Origin: an uncultured Gemmatimonadales bacterium | GTDB taxonomy: Bacteria; Gemmatimonadota; Gemmatimonadetes; Gemmatimonadales; GWC2-71-9 | Assembly (NCBI GenBank): GCA_963798915.1 | Contig: CAWCVB010000002.1 | Coordinates: forward strand, 192,001-256,000 | DNA length: 64,000 nt | Reading direction: 5' to 3' | In this document: positions 32,166-40,393 of the stretch, one piece after another | Layout: every line of letters begins with the position of its first letter | Numbering within the stretch: position 1 is the first letter of the stretch | Position numbers and translations under genes: made by a program | The notes under the pieces: model-generated | The model's database searches: none | What the model was told of the DNA's origin: nothing | The model's input: the letters and a program-made list of their open reading frames with translations, nothing else

Positions 32166-34882
32166 CGGGTCACCGTGGCGATTCGCGTGTCCCAGTTGCC
32201 GAGCAGACGCACCTCGCGCAGCGGAGGTTCGGTGGAGCGCTGCTTGAAAACGAAGCGATTGCCGCCCAGAGCCACGGCATAGTTGCGCCCGGGGAAGTCG
32301 GCGACGGCAGCGCTGAAGAGCCACTGCGGCTCTCCGAACGGGCTGTCCGCGTTCGCCGGGTCGTAACGGACGGCATAGAAGCCCTGAACCACCCGGCCGC
32401 GCGCCAGGTCACTTCGGTCACGGTCTCCCGCCGTCTTCACGAACGCGTTCCTGACATCCACCACGATGAATTCCTCACCGCCGGTGGCCCAGGCGGCCTG
32501 GGAAAAGCGCGAGCCTCCCGCGATGACCAGGCGGCGGCCACGACCATCCAGGCTCCGCGCGACAATCGCCGTCTCCGACGCCCCGACCTCCTCGGAGACG
32601 CGCCACTGCTCGTCCGGCGTGTAGCCACCAAGTGTGTTCTGGCCGATGAACGGCTCCATCGGGCGGCCGTCGGTGTGGAGGATCACCAGCTTGTCGTCCA
32701 GCCAGGCACGGTAGCTCGCGGTGTCTGCCAGGGCGCTCACCTCCCTCGCTCCCTCGGGCAGCGCGAGGGCCCGCGGCGGCGCACTGCTCTCCGGATCGGC
32801 GATGAATGTTCCGCTGTCGAGCGTGTACAGGACGTGTCGACCGTCGGGCATCCACTTCACTCCGGCGATGGTGGGCGCGCTGAACCATGGCGTCACCCGA
32901 CCCGAGGCGATGTCGATGACCTGCAGTGCCCTGGCGCCCGTCGCCATCCCGACACTCACGACGAGGCGCCGGCCGTCAGGCGTCATGTCGATCGAATTGT
33001 AGTTTGCCGCCGGCGCCGGAATCGTGTCGAGCTTTCCGGTGCGGTCGGCCGCCACGAGCACTCCTTCCCCCGGAACGCCGCCCTGCGCCCACGCGACGAC
33101 CCCGCTTCGGGACACCCCGAATTGGGCGGCCCCACGGCCGCTTTCCACGCGGACACCTTCCGTCACGCTGACCGATGCGCCGGTGACCATTCCTTGCTTC
33201 GCATCGAACGGTGCGGCGTACAGCTGCCCGCCCGGCCCGACGTACAGGAGATGCCCGTCGCCATCGAGTCGGGCCATCGTCCCGCGGATCGCGTCGGCGG
33301 AGGTGGTAGATTGCCAACGCCGCAGCGCCGCCCTCGCGCCGGTCGTCAGGTTCATCACGCTCAGGCCGGACCGACTGGTGACGATGGCTCGGCGGCCGTC
33401 GGGGAGCGGCTCCGGCAGGCTGCACAAGTCGCAAGTGAACGCAGCCAGCGAGTCTCCGTTGGCTCCGAGCACCATCAGCTGCGTGGCGCGGCGGTTTGAC
33501 ACGAGGAGCCGACCATCCGGCAACCAGGCGCCGCCGAATGGATCGCTCAAGGTGGAAGACAGTCTGCGCACCTGGCCGTCGGCGAACGTGACCCGCTTGA
33601 GGTTGTTCGCCGCGAAGAAGGCGACGGCGTCACTGGCCGGCGAGAAGAAGGGCGCGATGGCGCCCTCGGTCCCGTCGAGAGCCCGCACGGAGAAATCGGC
33701 AAGCTGACGCAGGTACAGTTGGGTGCGGTTTCCGTGCCGGGCCACGAACACCAGCTTCGACCCATCCGGCGAGAGTGCGATCGTCGGCATTCCCTCCGGA
33801 TTGTTGGAGAACGGATCGAGGGCGAGTGAGTCCGGCAGCGTGACGCTCGCACCCCACGACACGATTCCCGGGGAGGACCTCGCCGGGCGCAGCCAACCCC
33901 ACAGCGCCGCGACCGCGAGGACGGAGAAGGCGACGATCCGGACCGCGCCCGCACGTCTTCCCGTGGCGGCGGCATTGCGCGTTCTCAACCCGGCGGTGCG
34001 CCGCGGCCGCGAGGCGGAGACATCGCCGAGCGCCGCCGCGAACTCCGCGGCGCTGGTGAAGCGGTCGGCCGGGAGCTTGGCCAGCGCCGTCAGCACCGCA
34101 TCCTCGACGGATTCGGGCACGGTGTCGCGCATGCGGGTCGGTGGCACCGGCTTTTCGGTCATCACCTTGGCGACGATCGCCTGCGCGGTGCTGCCGGTGA
34201 ACGGCGGATCGCCCACCAGCATCTCGTAGGTCATCGCACCGAGGGCGTAGATGTCGCTGCGGGCGTCGAGGGTGCGCTCGCCCATCGCCTGTTCCGGCGA
34301 CATGTAGTGCGGGGTGCCGAGACTCATGCCGGTCTCGGTCATGCGGGAGCCACCACTGGTGGCGGCGAGTGCGATCCCGAAGTCGGCGACCAGAGCGCGG
34401 CCATCGTGCAGGAGGATGTTCTCGGGCTTGATGTCGCGATGGATCACGCCGTGGCGATGGGCGTAGTCGAGCGCGCCGGCGACTTCGGTGGCGATGCGGA
34501 TCGCGTCAGGGATGGGGAGCTGCTTCTCGCGCGTCAGCCTGTCGCGCAGCGACTCGCCTTCGACGTAGGGCATGACGTAGTAGACGTGAGTCGTGGGTCG
34601 CGGGTCGCGAGAGTCGTCTGCGTACTCCACCTGTCCCGAATCGAACAGCGGGAGGATGTGGGGGTGCTGCAGGTTCGCGGTGGTCTGGATCTCCGACAGG
34701 AACCGCTCGGCGCCGATCACCGCGGCGAGTTCCGGACGCAGGACCTTGATCGCCACCCTGCGGTGGTGTTTCAGGTCCTCGGCGAGATAGACCGTGGCCA
34801 TTCCGCCCTGCCCCAGCTCGCGCTCGATGCGGTAGCGGTCGGCGAGGCCGGTCCGAAGCCCGGCCGACGGACCCTCGCTCAT
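32162..34882 (-). CDS. K12: Ser/Thr kinase-TM-beta-propeller, with an 11-aa insert in the kinase N-lobe
   Basis: ATG 34882 overlaps the K11 stop; intact kinase motifs; SPDG/TPDG repeats; ..LLGNW end. Confidence 0.93.
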   Translation of the reverse strand: MSEGPSAGLRTGLADRYRIERELGQGGMATVYLAEDLKHHRRVAIKVLRPELAAVIGAERFLSEIQTTANLQHPHILPLFDSGQVEYADDSRDPRPTTHVYYVMPYVEGESLRDRLTREKQLPIPDAIRIATEVAGALDYAHRHGVIHRDIKPENILLHDGRALVADFGIALAATSGGSRMTETGMSLGTPHYMSPEQAMGERTLDARSDIYALGAMTYEMLVGDPPFTGSTAQAIVAKVMTEKPVPPTRMRDTVPESVEDAVLTALAKLPADRFTSAAEFAAALGDVSASRPRRTAGLRTRNAAATGRRAGAVRIVAFSVLAVAALWGWLRPARSSPGIVSWGASVTLPDSLALDPFSNNPEGMPTIALSPDGSKLVFVARHGNRTQLYLRQLADFSVRALDGTEGAIAPFFSPASDAVAFFAANNLKRVTFADGQVRRLSSTLSDPFGGAWLPDGRLLVSNRRATQLMVLGANGDSLAAFTCDLCSLPEPLPDGRRAIVTSRSGLSVMNLTTGARAALRRWQSTTSADAIRGTMARLDGDGHLLYVGPGGQLYAAPFDAKQGMVTGASVSVTEGVRVESGRGAAQFGVSRSGVVAWAQGGVPGEGVLVAADRTGKLDTIPAPAANYNSIDMTPDGRRLVVSVGMATGARALQVIDIASGRVTPWFSAPTIAGVKWMPDGRHVLYTLDSGTFIADPESSAPPRALALPEGAREVSALADTASYRAWLDDKLVILHTDGRPMEPFIGQNTLGGYTPDEQWRVSEEVGASETAIVARSLDGRGRRLVIAGGSRFSQAAWATGGEEFIVVDVRNAFVKTAGDRDRSDLARGRVVQGFYAVRYDPANADSPFGEPQWLFSAAVADFPGRNYAVALGGNRFVFKQRSTEPPLREVRLLGNWDTRIATVTR
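34583..34619. repeat. Degenerate heptamer tandem repeat (GTCGYGR) inside the K12 kinase domain
   Basis: gacgtga gtcgtgg gtcgcgg gtcgcga ga gtcgtct. Confidence 0.65.
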
Positions 34883-37527
34883 GGTGCCGCCTTCGGCGCG
34901 AGCTTGGCGAACCAGTTGTCGACCCAGACCACGTCGGGCGCCGCACCACCGGCCGCCCGACGCTCCCGCGTGAAGAGAAACGCGCCGTCGGCCAGCGCGG
35001 CATACCCCTGATGCCAGGGATCGACCGAGAACGCCGATGCGTCGAACAGCGGACGCACCGACAGCGCCGAAAACGTGGGCTTCGTGGCGATCTGCGCGGC
35101 CTCCAGGCGCGTGTCGGCATCGAGGAAGTACAGCTCGCGCCCATTGGGAGACCACACCGGCGAAGTGCCGCCGCGGCTCGAGATCTGCCAGGGCCCCCCG
35201 CTGGCCTCTGGAAACGGCTGCACGTACACCTCGTTCCGGCCCGAGGTGTTCGACGTGTACGCCAGCCATCGGCCGTCGGGGGAAAGCGCCGGGTGCGCTT
35301 CGGTGGCCGCTGTGGCCACGACCCGTCTCATGGCGGTATCGCTCGTCAGGCGCCGAGCCAGGATGTCCCCCGCGCCGGGCGTGCCGTTGTCGGTCCGCAC
35401 CACCAGCCACTCGCCGTCCCGGGAGAGCTCCAGCTCCTGCAGCAGCAGGTCCGAGCCGGCGACGACGTGTTCGGGACTGCTGCCGTCCGCCGGGCGGCTC
35501 ATGACACTGGTCGCGTTGGCGCTGTCGCGGAGCCAGAAGACCGACCGCCCGTCGCCGGACCACGTCGGCCGCTTGTCCGACCCCCCGAAGCTGACCCGGG
35601 TCGGCGGGGCGCCATCGAGCGGGGCGATCCACATCCCGCCGTCGACGGCATCCTGGCCGGACCAGATCGCGAGGCGGCCGCCAGTGGGGGACAGGGCGAA
35701 CGAATAGGCGGGACCGTGCCAGGCCGTATCCGCCGGGTAGGCCGCGCCGTCCCGGTTGACCCGCACCAGCTCGAGGTCGGGATGGGCACCGGGGTCACGG
35801 ACATAGACGATCGTCCCCGACGGCGATACGGTGAGCTCGGCAAAGCCGGGGCTCACGAACACACCGTCGAACGCCGGCACCGCCGCGCCGCCGATGGTGA
35901 GATGCGCCAGGTCGAACGGCACGATCATCGCGACGCCATCGGGCCGCACGTAGAGCAGTCGCCCCCCAGGCAGATACCACGCCTGCTCCACGTTCTCCAG
36001 CAGCCGGTTCACGCGGTGGGTGCGCAGGTCGAGCGCGTAGATCGCGAGGGAGCTGCACCGTCGGGCGCAGGCCTGGAAGAGAATGCCGCGCCCGCCGGGA
36101 AGCGGCTGGGGAAAGCGCATGCCGGCGCCCGGATTCGGTGTGTGGGGCAGCACCACCTCCGCCCGGCCGCCAGCGTCGCTGACCCGGCGCAGCGACTGGG
36201 TGGTCGAGGACACGTAGATGATGGTGCCGTCGTCCAGCCACGCGGGGCCGCCCGGCTCGGTGGCCGCGCTGTCACCGATGGTGCTCACCGGCCCGCCCGT
36301 CACGCGGATCTTCCTGAGCTGCCCGTCGGCCACGAAGGCGATCCACTGACCGTCGGGCGAAAATACCGGCATGAGCGCGCGCTCGGTGCCGGGAAGCACG
36401 ATCGCAGAGAGCGCGGAGCGGCGCTTGAGCACCAGGCGTGCCGCGGGTGAGTCCTCCTGGTACGCGACGATTGAGCCGTCCGGCGAGAGCGCGAGGAGGG
36501 GGGACCTCGAACGCGCCACCCGACGCTGCATCTTCGGGAGCGTGACAACCTGCCAGGTGGCGGTGAGCGCGGGAGCCGGTGGGTGCCGCCAGCGCCAGAC
36601 CAGGATCGGCAACGCGACCAGCGCGAGGACCCAGCCGGCCGCCATCGGAACGAGCAGCCGGTGCGAACGGGATGCGCGCGCCGTCTGCAGGGACAGGGTC
36701 GGCGTCGGGTTGGCGAGCGCCGCCGCGAATTCGGCCGCCGTCGCGAAGCGGTCGGCCGGAAGCTTCTGGAGCGCGTAGAGCGTCGCCATCTCGATTCCCG
36801 CCGGCACCGTCTTCCGGAGCTGATGCGGCGGCACCGGCTCGGCAGTCATCACCTTCGCCACGATCGCCTGCGCCGTAGGGCCGGTGAATGGCGGCTCCCC
36901 CGTGAGCATCTCGTAGAGCACCGCGCCCAGCGCGTAGACGTCGCTCCGGGCGTCGAGGGTCCGCTCTCCCATCGCCTGCTCGGGACTCATGTAGGTCGGC
37001 GTGCCGAGCGACATCCCGGTCTCGGTCATCCGCGTCCCCGCGCTCGAGGCGGCTAGCGCGATTCCGAAATCGGCCACCAGCGCGTTGCCGTCGTGCAGGA
37101 GGATATTTTCCGGCTTGATGTCGCGGTGGATGACGCCGTGGCGGTGCGCGTAGTCGAGGGCGGCGGCCACCTCGGTGGCAATCCGCACGGCCTCGGCGAC
37201 GGCGAGCTGCTTTTCGCGGGTGAGCCGGTCGCGGAGTGATTCGCCCTCGATGAACGGCATCGCATACCAGAGCAGTCCGCCGGCATCGCCCGAGTCGATC
37301 AGCCCCAGGATGTGCGGATGCTGCAGGTTCGCGGTGGTCTTGATCTCCGAGAGGAACCGGTCGGCGCCGATCACGGCGGCGAGCTCGGGGCGGAGGACTT
37401 TGATGGCGACTTGGCGATCATGCTTGAGGTCGTGGGCGAGGTAGACCGTGGCCATGCCGCCGGCGCCGAGCTCGCGCTCGATGGTGTAGCGGTCAGCGAG
37501 TGCGGCCCGGAGCGAGTCGATACTCAC
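34879..37527 (-). CDS. K11: Ser/Thr kinase-TM-beta-propeller
   Basis: GTG start after GGAGGTG; intact kinase motifs, TM, SPDG repeats, VVWVDNW end. Confidence 0.95.
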   Translation of the reverse strand: MSIDSLRAALADRYTIERELGAGGMATVYLAHDLKHDRQVAIKVLRPELAAVIGADRFLSEIKTTANLQHPHILGLIDSGDAGGLLWYAMPFIEGESLRDRLTREKQLAVAEAVRIATEVAAALDYAHRHGVIHRDIKPENILLHDGNALVADFGIALAASSAGTRMTETGMSLGTPTYMSPEQAMGERTLDARSDVYALGAVLYEMLTGEPPFTGPTAQAIVAKVMTAEPVPPHQLRKTVPAGIEMATLYALQKLPADRFATAAEFAAALANPTPTLSLQTARASRSHRLLVPMAAGWVLALVALPILVWRWRHPPAPALTATWQVVTLPKMQRRVARSRSPLLALSPDGSIVAYQEDSPAARLVLKRRSALSAIVLPGTERALMPVFSPDGQWIAFVADGQLRKIRVTGGPVSTIGDSAATEPGGPAWLDDGTIIYVSSTTQSLRRVSDAGGRAEVVLPHTPNPGAGMRFPQPLPGGRGILFQACARRCSSLAIYALDLRTHRVNRLLENVEQAWYLPGGRLLYVRPDGVAMIVPFDLAHLTIGGAAVPAFDGVFVSPGFAELTVSPSGTIVYVRDPGAHPDLELVRVNRDGAAYPADTAWHGPAYSFALSPTGGRLAIWSGQDAVDGGMWIAPLDGAPPTRVSFGGSDKRPTWSGDGRSVFWLRDSANATSVMSRPADGSSPEHVVAGSDLLLQELELSRDGEWLVVRTDNGTPGAGDILARRLTSDTAMRRVVATAATEAHPALSPDGRWLAYTSNTSGRNEVYVQPFPEASGGPWQISSRGGTSPVWSPNGRELYFLDADTRLEAAQIATKPTFSALSVRPLFDASAFSVDPWHQGYAALADGAFLFTRERRAAGGAAPDVVWVDNWFAKLAPKAAP

Positions 37528-37586
37528 GTGCTCACCTCCACGGGGAGGCGGGCAGGGTGAGCTGGAAGGAACATGCCGGGACTCAT
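37524..37586 (-). CDS. Mini-ORF MSPGMFLPAHPARLPVEVST (20 aa)
   Basis: Own AAGGAG RBS just after the K10 stop; its stop overlaps the K11 start (GTGA). Confidence 0.4.
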   Translation of the reverse strand: MSPGMFLPAHPARLPVEVST

Positions 37587-37608
37587 GCGGACTTCTCCTT
37601 GTGGTGCC

Positions 37609-40245
37609 CTACCACTGGGCGACCCACACATCGAGGGTCGGCACGTTGGTGCGCACGGCCATGCGAAGGCCGTCGTTGGAGAATGACACCCCCGCGGCAA
37701 ACGGGATCGGGAAGTCGCTCCCCCGCCGCAAGGCACCGGTGGCCGGGTCGAGTCGATAGAATCCCGCCGAGGCGACGGTCTCGGAGATGACCAGCTCGAC
37801 CGAGCCGTCGGGCATCCAGTGCAATCCGGGAACGAAGTCGAACACGGCGCGGAGGACGGCCGTGCCTTCGGCGGCGCCGGGCGGGACGCGGAAGACCACC
37901 ACCGAGTCGCCGACCGGATAGTTGAATCCCCAGCCGATGAGGCCGAAGCCCCACGGGGAGTCCTCGACTTCGATGACCCGGAGCGGCGGAATGCGCACGG
38001 TCCGGATCTCCCCGGATGGTGGACGAATCGCGAGTGAGGCCGGAGCGTCGGCGAATTGCCAGGCGAGTCCACCATCGGCCATCACCTCGAGCCCGGTGAT
38101 GGGGGCGCTGTCGGGAAATGTCCCCTGGGCACGCCGGCTGCCGTCGGTCAGTTCCAGCGAGGAAATCCTGATATTCGCTCCGTCACGGTGCAGCAGGACC
38201 ATCGCAGATCCGTCGACCGTGCGCGAACGATCGACCACGTCGGGAACGGGTGCGCCAAGATTCCGCTCCGGGCCGCCGGCGAACGGCTGCACGGCGAACT
38301 GCACCACCGGCATCCCCTGGCCCGAGGCCGATGTGCGAATCAGGATCACCGATTCCCCGTCGCTGCCCATCAGGACCGAGAGCTGTCCGGTCGCGGCGGC
38401 CACCTGCCGGGCTACCACCCCGGCGTCGGCGATCGTCCGCCGGGAAACCGCAACCGCGCTCGCTTGGTAGGTCCCCGCGAGGTAGGCGATGCCGCCCGCG
38501 GAGATGGTCAGGAGCTCCATGGGGATCGACGAGAGGACCACTTGCCGTTCGCGGCTGAACCGGCCGGCATCGTCGAGCCGGTAGGCAGCGATCGTGAGCA
38601 GCCCGCTGCCGCCGGAATCGGCCGTGGCCACCACGAATTCATCGGGGCGCCGGAATCCCGCGGATCGCACGCGCGGGAGTGACATCGAATCCCTGGCCAC
38701 GCCGCGGCGATCGAAGACGATGAGCTGGCCCGGCGACCCGCTGGCACCGATCACGATCCAGCGACCATCCGGCGAGGACCTCCAGGCGAACGCCGACGCA
38801 CCCTGACGCTCGATGATGAGGGAATCACCCCGGCTCGGATCGATCGACGTCGTGGCACGAAACGCGAGCCGCCCCGGCGCCAGCTCATCGGCGATCAGCA
38901 GGGAGTCGCCGCCCGCGATCGAACTCACGGCGCTGCCGGGAATGAGGCGCGGGCTCGCGCCGCCCAGGGCAGGCACCAGGTAGTACCCGATCGAGCCGTG
39001 CTCGGGCAGGCCGACGAACAGCAGATTGCGACCGTCGACGGTCCAGGCAACGTCATAGACTGCCGCGAGGTTGCCCACCGTCCGCAGGGTGCCCGAGCCG
39101 ACGACGTCCTGCACCACCAGGGCATAGGTACAGCGGCCGTTCGCACCACACTCCCGGTTGGCGTAGGCCACGCGCTGGCCGTCGGGCGAGAGCGCCACGG
39201 CACCCTCGGCGGTCCCCGAGACGGTCACCTGTCGGCGAGGTGCATTGAGGATCACCGGCGCGCTCGACGGCCGCAGCACACGCCAACCGATCGCGGCCAC
39301 GGCGACCACGGCGACACCGGCGAGAGCTGGCACCAGCCACCGCCGCCGGCCGGGCGCCGCCCGCCAGCCCGCGATCGGCCGGGTGGCCGTCGGCGTGATG
39401 CCCGTGCTTGGCGTGGCCTGCCCCTCGAGCAGGTGGAGGAGTTCCTCGGCGTGCTGGTACCGATCGGCAGGACGCTTCGCGAGACAGCGCATCACGATCT
39501 GTTCGAGTGGCGGCGCGATGGCGCTTCGGCGTCGGGCAACCGGCTCCGGCGCCTCGGTGACCTGCGCGGCGAGTACCTGCTGTGGCGTGGCGGCCACGAA
39601 CGGCGGGCGTCCGGTGAGCATCTCGTACGCCACCACGCCAAGCGAATAGATGTCGGACCGATGATCTACGTGCGGATCGGCGGAGGCCTGTTCGGGCGAC
39701 ATGTAGGTGGGCGTGCCGACCGCCACGCCGAGTGTCGTGATGGTGTTCCGGCCGGTGGCTTCGGAGATGGCCTTGGCCACCCCGAAGTCGGTGACCAGCG
39801 CGTGGCGCCCCGACATCATGATGTTGTCCGGCTTCACGTCGCGATGGACCACCCCCATCTGATGGGCGTGGGCCAGCGCATCGGCCACCTCCACCAGGAG
39901 TCGCACGGCCTCGTGCACCGGCAACTCCCCCTCGCGCGCCAGCCGCTCACGGAGCGATTGCCCCGGCACGTAGGGCATGACGTAGTAGAGGAAGCCGTCG
40001 GCGGCGCCGGAATCGAGCAGTGGCAGGATATGGGGATGTTGGAGCTGGGCGGCGATCTCGATCTCGCGCAGGAACCGGGTCGATCCCATCGACGCGGCGA
40101 GGTCTTCACGCAGGACCTTGATCGCCACTTTGCGATGGTGCTTGAGGTCCTCCGCCAGGTAGACGGTGGCCATGCCGCCCTGCCCGAGTTCGCGCTCGAT
40201 GCGGTAGCGGTCGGCGAGGGCTCCCCTGAGCGAATCGATGCTCAT
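37609..40245 (-). CDS. K10: Ser/Thr kinase-TM-divergent beta-propeller
   Basis: HRDVKPDN, DFG, GTPTYMSPEQ; TM WLVPALAGVAVVAVAAIGW; SPDG-like blades. Confidence 0.93.
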   Translation of the reverse strand: MSIDSLRGALADRYRIERELGQGGMATVYLAEDLKHHRKVAIKVLREDLAASMGSTRFLREIEIAAQLQHPHILPLLDSGAADGFLYYVMPYVPGQSLRERLAREGELPVHEAVRLLVEVADALAHAHQMGVVHRDVKPDNIMMSGRHALVTDFGVAKAISEATGRNTITTLGVAVGTPTYMSPEQASADPHVDHRSDIYSLGVVAYEMLTGRPPFVAATPQQVLAAQVTEAPEPVARRRSAIAPPLEQIVMRCLAKRPADRYQHAEELLHLLEGQATPSTGITPTATRPIAGWRAAPGRRRWLVPALAGVAVVAVAAIGWRVLRPSSAPVILNAPRRQVTVSGTAEGAVALSPDGQRVAYANRECGANGRCTYALVVQDVVGSGTLRTVGNLAAVYDVAWTVDGRNLLFVGLPEHGSIGYYLVPALGGASPRLIPGSAVSSIAGGDSLLIADELAPGRLAFRATTSIDPSRGDSLIIERQGASAFAWRSSPDGRWIVIGASGSPGQLIVFDRRGVARDSMSLPRVRSAGFRRPDEFVVATADSGGSGLLTIAAYRLDDAGRFSRERQVVLSSIPMELLTISAGGIAYLAGTYQASAVAVSRRTIADAGVVARQVAAATGQLSVLMGSDGESVILIRTSASGQGMPVVQFAVQPFAGGPERNLGAPVPDVVDRSRTVDGSAMVLLHRDGANIRISSLELTDGSRRAQGTFPDSAPITGLEVMADGGLAWQFADAPASLAIRPPSGEIRTVRIPPLRVIEVEDSPWGFGLIGWGFNYPVGDSVVVFRVPPGAAEGTAVLRAVFDFVPGLHWMPDGSVELVISETVASAGFYRLDPATGALRRGSDFPIPFAAGVSFSNDGLRMAVRTNVPTLDVWVAQW

Positions 40246-40304
40246 GCGCCGACCCCGTCGGGAAACCGAGTCGAAGGGCTTGTCCTGAGCCGTTCCAGGC
40301 TCAT
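40242..40304 (-). pseudogene. Kinase-start relic mini-ORF MSLERLRTSPSTRFPDGVGA (20 aa)
   Basis: First 28 nt match the K9 start at 24 positions; ATGA overlaps at both ends. Confidence 0.55.
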
Positions 40305-40358
40305 CGCGAATGCCTGTCGCGCGGAAAAGCCGAAGGGGCGGTGTTGCGGCGGTCGAGC
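40277..40358. repeat. Degenerate 82-nt direct repeat, copy 2 (copy 1 at 42990-43071)
   Basis: Gapless minus-strand alignment: GCTCGACCG-N8-CCGCCCCTTCGGC ... ATGASCCTGGAMCGSCTCAGGRCAAGCC. Confidence 0.7.
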
Positions 40359-40393
40359 GCGACTGCCGTGAGCGCAGCGGAAGAGTCGTTCAC
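40301..40393 (-). CDS. Bridging mini-ORF MNDSSAALTAVALDRRNTAPSAFPRDRHSR (30 aa)
   Basis: GTGA overlap with the K9 stop; ATGA overlap with the next mini-ORF. Confidence 0.35.
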   Translation of the reverse strand: MNDSSAALTAVALDRRNTAPSAFPRDRHSR

